Source: Tubiluchus corallicola (Eukaryota; Animalia; Priapulida). From it: a DNA stretch of 64,000 bases. The notes beneath the pieces were generated by a model. It was not told the DNA's origin, made no database searches, and was given only the letters and a program-made list of their open reading frames with translations. Location: the NCBI GenBank assembly GCA_030141605.1, contig JAQGDQ010000546.1, positions 81,217 through 145,216 on the forward strand, given 5' to 3'. The first letter of the stretch is position 1; every line of letters begins with the position of its first letter. This document shows, piece after piece, positions 1-31,100 of the stretch. The translations under genes were made by a program, and so were the position numbers.

Positions 1-19144
<19,144 letters not shown>

Positions 19145-19619
19145 TATGTCATTCTATATTTTCTACTCAGCCACGAGAATTGATTATCAAACAAAGCTGA
19201 TTGACGGCATAACGACGGCAATGAAGCGGGAGTCCAGTCACCAAGTGATCCAGTCAATCTGCAAACAAAACGATTATAACTACAATAAGGACAGTTAAAT
19301 TCAGTATGCTTTTATTTATGAAATAGCAAACTCAATTAAATGTATTTGCGCAACTAACTCTATTGGTATATCAAGTTATCAACAAACAAACTCGATCTTT
19401 TTTTATGAATTAATAAGCCTCTTCACAGTTTCGTTGTGTAGTAGTAGTAAATCTCCAGTAGTTATACATATAACTTTCGACACAAATAGTTCTTCGACTG
19501 TAATTGCAACAAATTGCACATACATTAGATGGTCATCAACACCTAGGTGGCTCCACTGGCAGGTTTTCTCACTATAATATGTAATCCAGCATCCTTGTTA
19601 TAGGCATATTCCAATTAGC

Positions 19620-21140
19620 ATGATGATTAAACTTCAATGGATGATGTTTATAGTGTCTATCTAATTTTGATTTAAATGAATTTACAGATGTTACTGTTTT
19701 CACATCACAGGGCAATCTATTCCAGATCTCTGTCATCGCACAAGAAAAATAGTCGTATTTACCAGTTTTGTGTGCAGTTCTTCATTTATGAAGAATAGGG
19801 CCTGATCTTGCTGTGCGATGTACTTCTAATTTAACAGGACAATCATTATCACAGCTGTAAACTCTAGATACATATTTGTATGCATCAATTAGTTGGCCAC
19901 GTAAATGTCTAAAAGTTAATGTAGTTAAGCCTATTCGGTCTAACTGTCTTTCATATAACAAGTTCATTAATTCCGGTAACGTATTGAAACATATTGGACA
20001 GCTTCGACAGGTCCACTATATATGCTCTAGGACTATTACTTCCATACTCCACTTTTGATCGCACAAATGCCACACACAGAAGTTTAAAAGTTTGCAGATC
20101 TAGGTACTTGAAATTCCTCCTTATTAAAGCATTGTTTCGTTTGGCATTCTTTGTGATTTCAGCTATGTGATCTTTAAAATTTAGTTTATTATCAAGTAAT
20201 AATCCAAGGTCTTTCTCACAAGCACTAAAGTCCAATTGTGCCAGAATGCCACTTGCATCACACATTTTGTATTTATACTCACATCTTGCTCCCACAGATA
20301 CAACCTTACACTAGTTGGGATGGAACTGCATGCAATTTTCAACTGCCCAATCACAGAGCCCTTCTCAATCCAATTGAAGATCATTATAGCTGGTAAACGA
20401 ATCAGATTCAGACGAGATTTTGCTGTCGTCAGCAAAAAGACGAAGAGAGTTTCTCACACAAATAGGCAAGTCATTAATAAATATCACAAATAAACACGAA
20501 CCTAATACCGAGCTTCATGGTACACCACTAGTAATCAAGGACTCAGTCGATTTATAACCATCAACAAACGTACATTATCTTCTATTTTCTAAGAAGTTAA
20601 CTATCCACTGTAAAACTGAACTAGTTATACCATAGTTTTTAAGTTTCACAAACAGGAAGTGACGAGGTACAACATCAAATGTCTTTTTCAGGTCCAGTAA
20701 TATTATATCAAAAGGCTTATTAGCATCTTTTAACTCACACCATGCATTGTAACATTGTAGCAGCTGTGTAACCATTGTTTTACTCTTAACAAACCCATGT
20801 TGTTCTTCACAAATAATGTTGTATCTTATCAGATGGTTCATTATATGCTTCTGCATGATTTTTTCTGTCACCATATCAATTGTATTGAGTAAGCTAACTG
20901 GCCTGTCGTTCGATGGATCTGACTTGTCCCCTTTTTTATGAATGGAAGTAACCTGTGTCACTTTTCATTGTCCAGGTAACAGACAATCAGCAAAAGACTA
21001 ATCTGGTAAGGTGTATATAGGCTTGAAAGCACAATTCTATATTTATTTAAAATACGTGAATGGTAACTATCTGTAGCAGATTTGTTTACATTGAGATTTT
21101 ATAACTCATAAAGCACTTTTTCTTCAGTTTGGAAACATTG
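19620..21140 (-). mobile_element. Decayed CR1/L2-type LINE, reverse transcriptase region
   Basis: Broken frames: IHKKGDKSDPSNDRPVSLL, QHGFVKSK, LDLKKTFDVVP, ITSGVP, FADDSK (~20418-20437), EKDLGLLLDNKLNFKDHI, IWNRLP...NSFKSKLD; many stops and frameshifts. Confidence 0.9.
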
Positions 21141-21479
21141 TTGATATCAGGATATTGTTGCACTGTAGTTACTTCATAGTATGTTTTTGTGTTTTTCCTG
21201 TATGTTTACAGTTATTATGTGGTAGTGTAACAAGTTATGATAGTGACTGCCAGAGTACGTGTGATCCACTGTTTGTGAGGCGAATGCTAAAGAGGCATAT
21301 GTTACTACATCCACTACGTGTCGCATTGGCTAAATTTTGACAAAAAACTAATGGGGCACCTACTAATTGCTAATGTAAAAATAGAGTATTCACAATGTAA
21401 ATGAATCTGCACAGAAAATGTAGACATTTACAAATTGAATTATGAAGTATATTAAACACAGTAATTCTAGCTATTGGCA

Positions 21480-22708
21480 TAATTGTAGAACTATGTAGTG
21501 GCCCCACTGACCAACGACTTAAACTGGTCACATGGGTCAGGTCAAATGCTTCAGATTAAACTACAAGCCTCAGAAGTGTCCGAGTACTTGCCATCAGGAA
21601 AACCAGGAAGTGCAGGAATGATTACGAGGTGAGACGCTGAGGATGCTGGATCGAATTGAGGAAGCTGGCAAAAATTAAGCAGCAGAGACTGCCAATGATA
21701 CTTTCTCAGCATGAGCAAGCTTCTGTAACAATGTTTACAATGCGTCCTTAGATTCCAGTGAAAGGAAGGAGAAAAACAGATTGCTTCTCCCAAAATCTAC
21801 TAGAAATCTCTCACCATTTGTAACAGCTAAGATGGCAACTCAAGAGAAGCTACTCCAGTGCCTTGTTCTAATCTGAGAGCAACTTTGCAGAAAACTACTA
21901 GATCTTGAAAGATGAATGAATGAAGAGTAAGACAGTTGAAATCTAGCACTCTGTGACATTCAGGATAATTATAAAGAGATTTTGTGAGGCTATGAGTTAG
22001 GCCAAGGAAGAAATCAGCATTCATTACTGGGCTAAGATTGATAGTAGATCATTCCACATTGCAAGTCTGGTAGGTGATATTGAGAGACCTCCTCCATTCG
22101 GATGCGCACTTCTTGCACATTCTAAGGAGAAATGGCAGATCACGACGACTCTGTCTGCATGTGTGACAAGAAACTTTGATCTAATGGTGAGTGTTAAAAA
22201 GTCAGTGGTAATATTCCAGTCTTCTCCCCAAGCTGTTCTACCTCTTGCTGTTCCACTCAGCATTCTGTAAAACTTAAGAATAGAATTGAAAAGTCTGGGC
22301 ATGATTTGGTTGTCTTTAGGAAGAGTGTCAGACAGGTATGGCTTGTCCCTCAATATAAAAATAAAGGTGTGCTATAAAGAGTCATACTGAGTAGTAATAA
22401 GAGACATGTCAGAAAGTTGGAGGCATGTCGACATATGTGCCTGTGGACAATAACAGAAATCACTCAATGAGATGAAGTCCAAAACAAGAGACACATGAGA
22501 GAGCAAGCTGCCCTTTGGCACTTTGGGCAGATGGAAAATCATAAGATGCCCAAGCAAGTGCTCTTTGGTGAAATGACTGGAAATTCAAAATATAAGACAT
22601 CCCAAGGCTTCTGTAAAAGGGTCTCATTAAAGCTGAACCTCAAGAACACCGGAATTGCACAAGACAACTGGTAAACTCTGCCAGAAGATTGCACTGTTTG
22701 GAGTATCA

Positions 22709-22710
<2 letters not shown>
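21480..22710 (+). mobile_element. Decayed RTE-like LINE, 3' portion, followed by an (ATT)n tract
   Basis: Plus-strand fragments LRDLLHSD.ALLAHSKEKWQ...NFDLMVSVKKSVVIFQSSP (degenerate LFADD region) and KMPKQVLFGEM...LKLNLKNTGIAQDNW*TLPEDCTVW, resembling RTE ORF C-termini. Left boundary approximate. Confidence 0.7.
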
Positions 22711-22800
<90 letters not shown>

Positions 22801-22822
22801 GTTGTTGTTATTATTGTTATTA
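22711..22822 (+). repeat. (ATT)n microsatellite
   Basis: About 30 perfect ATT units followed by GTT/ATT variants. Confidence 0.98.
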
Positions 22823-23041
22823 TAGAAATAAGCGAAGCGCAAGTTAAAATCTTTGGTTTATTTCTTATCAGTTATCGGGCCAGGCAAGAGCCCTAGAAAA
22901 GAGCGTGCAGAAACACGAAATCACAATTTCAGACGTTATAACCGTTTTGCAGCCCGGCCGACATGTTCGCGTATCCCGATTGAGAAGTCGTTGTTCATTA
23001 TGTTGCATTTTCAAATTTGTTTCGTGTAGGAAATAATTATT

Positions 23042-24406
23042 ATGGATAACGCTGCAACTCAACCCACGTCTACTACCGAACGAAAGTACGGCAAGATAAT
23101 TATTACCTTAGAAAATTCAATTATACCAGAAGATAGATTAGATTCTACACCTTCCATGCAAGATGGTCTTGATAGAGAAGTCGAAACAGATTTGCGAATT
23201 TTGGGATGTGAACTTATCCAGTCGTCGGGTATTTTATTAAAGTTGCCCCAAGTGGCAATGGCAACCGCTCAGGTTTTGTTTCAGCGGTTTTATTATTCAA
23301 AGTCGTTCGTTAAACATCAAATGGAGCATTTGGCCATGGCTTGCATTAATTTAGCTTCTAAAATAGAAGAGGCGCCGAGAAGAATTCGAGATGTGATTAA
23401 TGTGTTTCACCACATTAAACAGATCATGGGACAGAAAAAGATACAACCACTTATTCTTGATCAAGGTTATGTAAATTTGAAGAACCAAGTGATTAAGGCA
23501 GAACGGCGTGTGTTAAAAGAATTGGGATTTTGTGTTCATGTTAAACATCCTCACAAAATTATAGTAACTTACTTGCAAGTACTGAAATGTGAGCGAAACA
23601 CGAAACTTATTCAAACTGCTTGGAATTATATGAACGATGGACTTCGAACTGATATATTTGTAAAATACGATCCGGAAACTATAGCATGCGCTTGCATATA
23701 TTTGGCAGCCAGGCAGCTGAAGGTAGTTCTTCCAACAAAGCCTCCGTGGTTTTCAATTTTTACTGATAATTCTGAAGAAGATATTCACAATATATGTCTG
23801 ACTATCCTTCGCCTTTACGCGAGACCGAAACCAAACTACGAAGATTTGGAGCGTAAAGTCTCCGAGATGCGCAGGATTTTGGGTGAAGCAAAACTAAAAG
23901 CAAAGGGTCAGAGTACCTCAGCAGCAGCCACTCCTAATCCGGGAGGTTTTTCTCCTGGGTCCAGAACCGGATCCCCATCGAAAGACGACGAAAAGAAAAA
24001 AGATGGAAACAAATCGAAAACCCGAGATGTATCAAATCAGAGAGATGTTAGTAATCATCACAAGAAAAAGCGAAGCCGCTCAAGAAGCCGACACAAAGCA
24101 TTGCGTCACAGCAGCTCACGAAGTCCGTCTCCTAAGAGAGACAAAAGAGAAAAAGTATTGCCACGGGGTTATCAGCACTTAGAAAAGGAGCGAAGGCGAG
24201 TGGAGGGCCGGAGCAGGCAAGACGAGCATCGCCCGCGAAAGAAGAAACGGTCACATAGTGTGAGCAGATCGAGAAGCAGGACACCAGAACGACGGTCGCA
24301 CAAAAAATACAAGGAGAAATCGCGACACCACAAGTCGCACTCTCCTTCACACGAATCCAGGCGACACAAGAATCGTAGCGAGTCACGTGACCATTATAAA
24401 CGCTAG
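23042..24406 (+). CDS. CCNL1: Cyclin L (CDK11 partner), intronless, 454 aa
   Basis: Uninterrupted ORF with cyclin L boxes ([84 protein letters not shown]) and a C-terminal RS-rich domain; AATAAA at 24673. Invertebrate co-orthologue of CCNL1/CCNL2. Confidence 0.97.
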   Translation: MDNAATQPTSTTERKYGKIIITLENSIIPEDRLDSTPSMQDGLDREVETDLRILGCELIQSSGILLKLPQVAMATAQVLFQRFYYSKSFVKHQMEHLAMACINLASKIEEAPRRIRDVINVFHHIKQIMGQKKIQPLILDQGYVNLKNQVIKAERRVLKELGFCVHVKHPHKIIVTYLQVLKCERNTKLIQTAWNYMNDGLRTDIFVKYDPETIACACIYLAARQLKVVLPTKPPWFSIFTDNSEEDIHNICLTILRLYARPKPNYEDLERKVSEMRRILGEAKLKAKGQSTSAAATPNPGGFSPGSRTGSPSKDDEKKKDGNKSKTRDVSNQRDVSNHHKKKRSRSRSRHKALRHSSSRSPSPKRDKREKVLPRGYQHLEKERRRVEGRSRQDEHRPRKKKRSHSVSRSRSRTPERRSHKKYKEKSRHHKSHSPSHESRRHKNRSESRDHYKR

Positions 24407-25102
24407 ACTGCGAGTAACATTGCCATTACAGTCGTTGATGTTTAAGTGGATGTATACTTGTATGTTTGTAAATTTAGGTCACTTATAAAACATGGTTAGG
24501 ATATTGCAGGCAACATATATAGAATTAAATTGATTCACTTATTTTTTCAGTAAGTGCTGTAAGCTACTTTACTTTGCCTTCACTTTGAATTAATTGTAAA
24601 TATAGAAATTTGAAATTGTATTCTCAACAAGATTTGTTTGTGCTAGCTTGTTCTCAAGTTTTTTTACTTGCAAATAAAAATTGATTTGCAAATTATTCAC
24701 TGTAAGAAGTGCTAATATAATTTTTGTGCTGATTACAATACACAGTAGATTTTGTTTATTTATGGATTTGGCAATAGATAAGCTAACAGATAATTTAAAG
24801 TTCTGATATTAAAAGCAAAAATTTCATTTTTACACAATTTGGTGTAAATATAATAAATACTATTGATTGTCATCAACATAAATGGCAAAGCTATAGTGGT
24901 CTCACATGTGAATATTTACAACAGTGTCGTATAGCCATCAGTACTCCTGTTTTTAACTTTTTAAATGTGTTGTAAAATCTGCCAGAGAGAGCATTTGTGC
25001 ACCATTACGGTGGCATTCTGATTTAAATAAAATAATTTTTCAGCACGTGAAGACAGAATTTTTCAATTTGCGTTTATGTGATTGTTGAAAAATAAGAGAA
25101 GC

Positions 25103-28100
25103 ATGTCTAACTGTACTGCTCACCAACACAAGTAAGTAAATAAATTTCAATGTTTGAACTTCTTTTCTGTTTTTACTGTATTTAGTTCAAAATTTGGCAA
25201 CTTTGAAAAGTGCACTTTGAGCCTTGTTCACAATTATTTTTGCTTGCTTTGCATGTAAATGGGTGGCTTGTTTTTTTGTTGCCTGTTGTTCCTTTGAATG
25301 AAAATTTTTAGATTGTTATTGTTGAAACTTTTGTGCTTTTCTAACGATTTCTGAAATTCTGGTATATAAATACTGGTATATTTCCAGTACAGTCAATGAA
25401 GCATTTGTGGACTCTGTTGATGATAGCTTCTGTCCTCGCTTGGTCTACAAAATTACAGAGAATCCAGGATGGTTGTCTTCTTTTATCTTTGGGCTTCAGG
25501 TGATTGCTGAACAGATGCTTTCATTACCTTTACACTCTCATACTGGTGCTTGCCATAGTTATTACAAAGCACATATGAAAAATTTCTATTGAAATACAAC
25601 ATTATGTTACATCTTATATACATGTTATTTTCTATATTAAATCTAGCTTTAGCTATGATAAAATGTCTGTGAATTTTAAATCTCTGCCATATTGCATATC
25701 AGCAATTAGTACAGTTATTATTTACCTTTAATTTTATAAGTTGTACAGGATATACTAAAAGAAACAGTGTACTAACAATTTAACGTACATTCAAAGCTCT
25801 TTATTTTGCCAGTCTTGGGACTCCAAAAAAAGTTGTCAGAAACAAGTTTTGACATTATAATGATATGCATTAATACATACATATCTATGCAAATATATCT
25901 AAGTACTTTGTTTTACCAGAAATTTGCGAGATTCGTGCTATTACGCATGGGGGGGGGGTAATAAGGTTTGTCTGTACTATAAGTATAACCACACCAATAT
26001 TACACCATCACAAAATACAACAAGTGTGACCAAACTAAGTTGTAAGATATGAAAATTGGAATAGTGGCGTAAAAATAGAATTCATTTTAAATCATGCTAT
26101 CATAACATAGATATCTTGTTCGTTTTATATTATTACTGCACCATTTCTTTTGGAACAACCTGTATAATGTATAACTAGCTGACTGTATCACTAGATGTCT
26201 AATGTGCTGAAGTACAGGGTGTATAACTTTGTGCTTCTATGTGTAGTTAGTATTATTATTATTCAATTTAATTTATATTTTTACGTTTTGACATTTTGCA
26301 AACCAGATTAAGCAGTCAACTGTAAAGCCTATTGAATGTTGACGTTTATGCCTGGTCGGGATGGGCTTTACATATCTCATCGTGAAGGATAATCCTTTAT
26401 GATGAGCCAGTTAATCAGAAGACATGCCTTAACCATGTCTGAAACTGGTGAAGTAAATAGCCTGCAGCACTATGGTAGATTAAGTTATGCAAAAACAGTT
26501 ATCCATCCATTTACTGGCCTAGTTGAGCATTCACAGTAGAGCACACATTGTGATCATCCTGCTAGTTGGCCTCACATTAAAATAAGTAATTGCAAAAATT
26601 AAACAATTGTGCAACTTTTCTTTTGCAGCATTTGCTAGTTGCCATTGGCAACATCATCACCTGTTCAGTTGTTGTTGCGGAGACCATCTGTGCAAATGAA
26701 GATGCTTACGTCTCAATATTCTGCAGTGTGTTGTTTATGTGTTCCATTTCTACTTTTCTCCAGGCCTCCTTTGGGTCTCGGTATGAAAAATTCTGTAGTG
26801 TTGTGCATTTCCTCTTGATATACATAGCTATCGTCAAACAAAAGTAACGCAGTTATGCTGTCTGAGTTTTCACTTAATTTTCGGAGAAATGTGCCTTCTT
26901 AAATGAATTTCAGGGTAAATTGTCAAGAATAGAATAGAATAGATTAAAAATTTCTTTTTTCCTTAGATATTTAAGATTGTTGTGGCAAAACAGTTTAAGC
27001 TGTGTTTCTCACATTTTAAACCTGAGATTGTCGTTGACGTTGTACAATAGTGCACCAGAATACTGTAGTTTAGTTTTGCTTTTCCATTGCCTGTTGTTGG
27101 TTTCGGTAATAAAAGTTGGCCTCCTTCCGATTGTCTTGTGTCTTGTTGCTCAATTTTTCTATCAAATCTTTGGTTTAATTTAGTTGGCTTTGAATCACCT
27201 GTTACAATTCGGTTTACCAAAAGAGTTTTTCTAAAATCTGTATGCTTATCAATAGGAGTTATTTAGTTTTAATCTTTCTTCTGCATCTGATTTGCCATTT
27301 TGAAGTAATTTTTATTTACATGTGGAAGAAACGTTGTCACGTTTTCTGTTTGTGTCCTTCGCATGTCATTGTTTGTTTTTGACAAGGTATTCTTACCATT
27401 CAGATCTATAGTTATACTAAGTGTTCAGTTAATCTTGAAAGTAGAGTGATTTTCTTGATTCTGCAAATTAGTAACTAGTATTGGTTGAAACAGTAGTATG
27501 TATTATGCCAAACAAACGGCAAACTTTTACGTAGTGTATGCGTGCTAATAGAACACTGTGTGTTGTACATTTGTGTTTTAATTTTGTATTCGCTGACTAG
27601 TCCGGTCCTAGTCTCGCAAGCATTTCGAAGACAATAACAACATTCTATATTAGTTTTGATATAATTGTTGTTTCAAGTATTTGCCTTTTAATTTCTACAA
27701 ATCAAAATATTCGTGCATTTCGGCAACATTTGTGTGGCAACTGTACATGATTGTGTGTGCACAAATATAAGTATACAAAGATATTTTAGTTGAGCAGTTT
27801 AAATTTAGTGTTTAATTGTGCAATGTTTTAAAAAATAAACGTTTTTTAAGTATTGTGGGATACATTGCTCAAAACTGAAAATGCATGTTTTTGAATATTA
27901 TTAAAATTCATAATAATTTTCTTTGGGTTTGTTATTGATAAGACATACTGAATAATGAGTCTGGTCATTGGAGAGCTCTCATTATTTACGTAGGTACATT
28001 ACACGTATTTCTAATACACGTACTAGAGAAACCAAACTTTATGATTTCTAATATTAGGAAGTATTTTTTTTAGTCTCCCTGTATTTGAAGGTGCAAATAG

Positions 28101-31100
28101 TATGAGCATGCAAGTTGTGACGGCATTGATGATGTTACCTGAATGGAAGTGCCCGGCGTTGTCCCCAGTAGGAGGTAACACATTGTGCACCTTGCTGTTT
28201 TATGTGTCATTTGAAATAGTTTATCTAGAATTTATTTAATTTTTATTACAAATACTTTGTACATATTGATCAAAATTTGTGCAAAAGTTATAAAAATCAG
28301 AAAATTACTCAGATGAACATTTTGTTAAAGTGTTGAAGCACACGTGCAATGCAATGCAAATGTGCATGGCACAAATCAGTTCATATTAGTTTTTGCAAAA
28401 CAAGTTTTGTGACCGTACTTAAGGGTTTATATAAAATGGAAGCCTTGGACACAATAGTACATGTTCAGAACTGTTCTGACTAAACATTCTTAATACAGTA
28501 AATAAGAAACGGGAAAGAATGAAAAAAGGTTGTAAAGAAAGAAGATAAGTAGAGAAAGAAGACAGAGTGGGAGGGAAGAGAGTTTTAGGAAAGAGAAGCA
28601 TGATTGAGAGTGGGAGGCAGAAGTGATGAGAAGGAGCAAAAATGGGCAATTTTTGCAATTTGCTCAAGAATATTTTTACCTTTTTAACTGTAGCAATATT
28701 CTTGAGTGGTTATTCCAGAAAATGAGAGTTTTGGCAGGCTATATAAGCAATATTTCGTACATCTAAATTCTGACCTCGTCATTAAAGTACCTGTTGTTTA
28801 ATTTGCTGTTGATGTTGTAGATAAAGTGTTGGATGAAACCCTTGATAATATGATGGCACGTAATTCAACTGATAGTCCAGTAGTCAATGAAGTGGAACCT
28901 TGGATTGTACGACTCAGAGAGGTATATCAAAGTATTCCAATGGTCTATATATCTGTAAAGTACTGCGACAAGTACGGCTGATTTATTTCATATCAAAATC
29001 TGGCTGATTAATTGTTGAGAAAGTAGTGTGTTTCAATTGATACTGAGTCTGAAACAGAATTATAAAAACTAAAAAAGGAAAGTATGTAATATGTTGTCGG
29101 GGGAATGACCAAGTGATCGTACTGTGCTTAGCAGTGGAAGTCAAATAATACTGCCAGTGAATGGGTAGATGACCGCCATGTTCAATATTTTCTTCTAGTG
29201 GTTTTATGTGCTTTGTTGGTTCTGCTTGTTTACTTTATTGTGGGAGGAATGCATACAAATCAGTATATGTCTAAGATACCTCTGTAGGCCCAGTGTCTCA
29301 TCTTGGAAGATTATCCTTAATAATGTACTAGATTTGGTCTTGCCACAAGCATCCACATTATGTAGGGTCTTTCACCAAGTGTTGTTTTCCAGTTTTCCAG
29401 ACGCTTAATTGTATAAAACGACGCCTAGAAACTCTTGAATATTTTTACACAAAGCAGAATGTTCACATTTCATTGCAAGCATACAGCCAAACCTCGTTAT
29501 AATGTTAATGTTACCACTTAAAACGGATATTCAGGAATACACTGTCATTTGTTACCAGTTCATTCAAGTTTACACTTGATGCAATTAAGGAAAAAGAAAA
29601 CTTTGCTAGAAGTTATTTGCAAAACAAATAGTGAGTTACCTTTATTTTTTTAATCAGGTTTTATTGAGGATTACATGGTTTTTACTAGCAGGTTGCACTA
29701 TAATACTGTAATATTGCACTTTTTATTATCTTATTGTCTACAGTCAATGTATTTTTAATTGTTAATGTAAATTTATTCAGTTTTTTAACTGTAATTTTGT
29801 GCATAAATAAACGTTTCTATCTATCATTCAGCTTTTGTATTTGTTTCAGCTGCAAGGTTCAACGATGGTTGCATTTGCTATACAGACACTTCTGGGTTTC
29901 TCAGGTGTTATAGGGTTTTTGCTTAAGTTTGTTGGGCCTCTGACTGTTGTTCCTATGATTTCGTTACTCGGATTGGGCCTGTATGACGTCATTAACGGAT
30001 TAGCTGAGAAGGAATGGGGAACGGCCATGCTGTAAGCTTACTTTATAAATTTCCTTATTACTGCCTCAGGGGAAGTAATGTTTTGTCAGTTGGTTAGTTA
30101 ATTTATTAGTTAACAAAAGAAGATTATGCAAAAATTAGTTCACCCTGTTTACCGATTTTGACGAAACTTCCTTTAGGGATGAGACAAGAAAAAGTGCTTG
30201 TTTGGTATATCAGGGAGAAACGGGGACGAGGGATGCCAAAGTGGCGGTTTTGAGAGAGTTTTGTAGCTCTTTAGAAAAGGAGTAATTGTGCTAGAAGATA
30301 CTTTAGCTCTTTTTTCTAAACATGTCCAGCAGAAAGAAGGACAATGATTTAACTAGTTGGTCGTTGTCAGTTTATTTGGAAGGAAGCAATTTGAATATAA
30401 GTTCATTGAATCATGTGAAATCGGCGTCATCAATTTTATTCTAAGATTGTGCATATTATATTTTTGGCAATATATTTGTGAAAAGGTCGTAATGTCGAAA
30501 AGTTGACATAAAAAAGAAAAATACACTAGATTTACTGCAACAAGTGTAATTTCCATGTTGCATTTTGGGGAATGATGCATTACTGTTGTTGTGACGTCAT
30601 CAGTTACTCTTTGTGTATAACCCTTTCTCATTATGCATGCAAATATGCTATAATTAACGATTAGGGCATTAGAACAATTACTGACAATGTCTTAAACTAA
30701 GCAGCTGAGTAGTTTAGTCAAGTATATTTGACAGGCCTGTACTAGTGTTTGTTTAGTTGTAGTTGCATCAGATTTCACAATTTCTTGCTGTTTTAATTGA
30801 GATCATGTATTAAACCTTTTAAAAGAGACAGTAATTGTTTTTAGAATTAATTAACCTACTTTTTTAATTTTCAGGGTTTCAATTCTGATGCCATTGTTTG
30901 CATTTGTGTTTGGCCGTTATGCCGTTCCATATCCTGCATATACCCAAATGAAGAAATGTCACATTAAACATAGCTACATATTTAAATTATATCCGGTAAC
31001 TTGAATTGTTTAAATTTTTACTGCTGTGTGCTGAGAAAGATTAGTACGTGTAGCACTAACAAAAAGGGAGTTTAGCAAATGCTATTGATGTTTTTATTGC

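Noticed and set aside
22627-22842. Poly-Asn ORF
   Set aside because: Translation of the (ATT)n microsatellite.
24132-24386. Antisense ORFs over cyclin L
   Set aside because: Shadow frames of the low-complexity RS domain with no recognisable motif.
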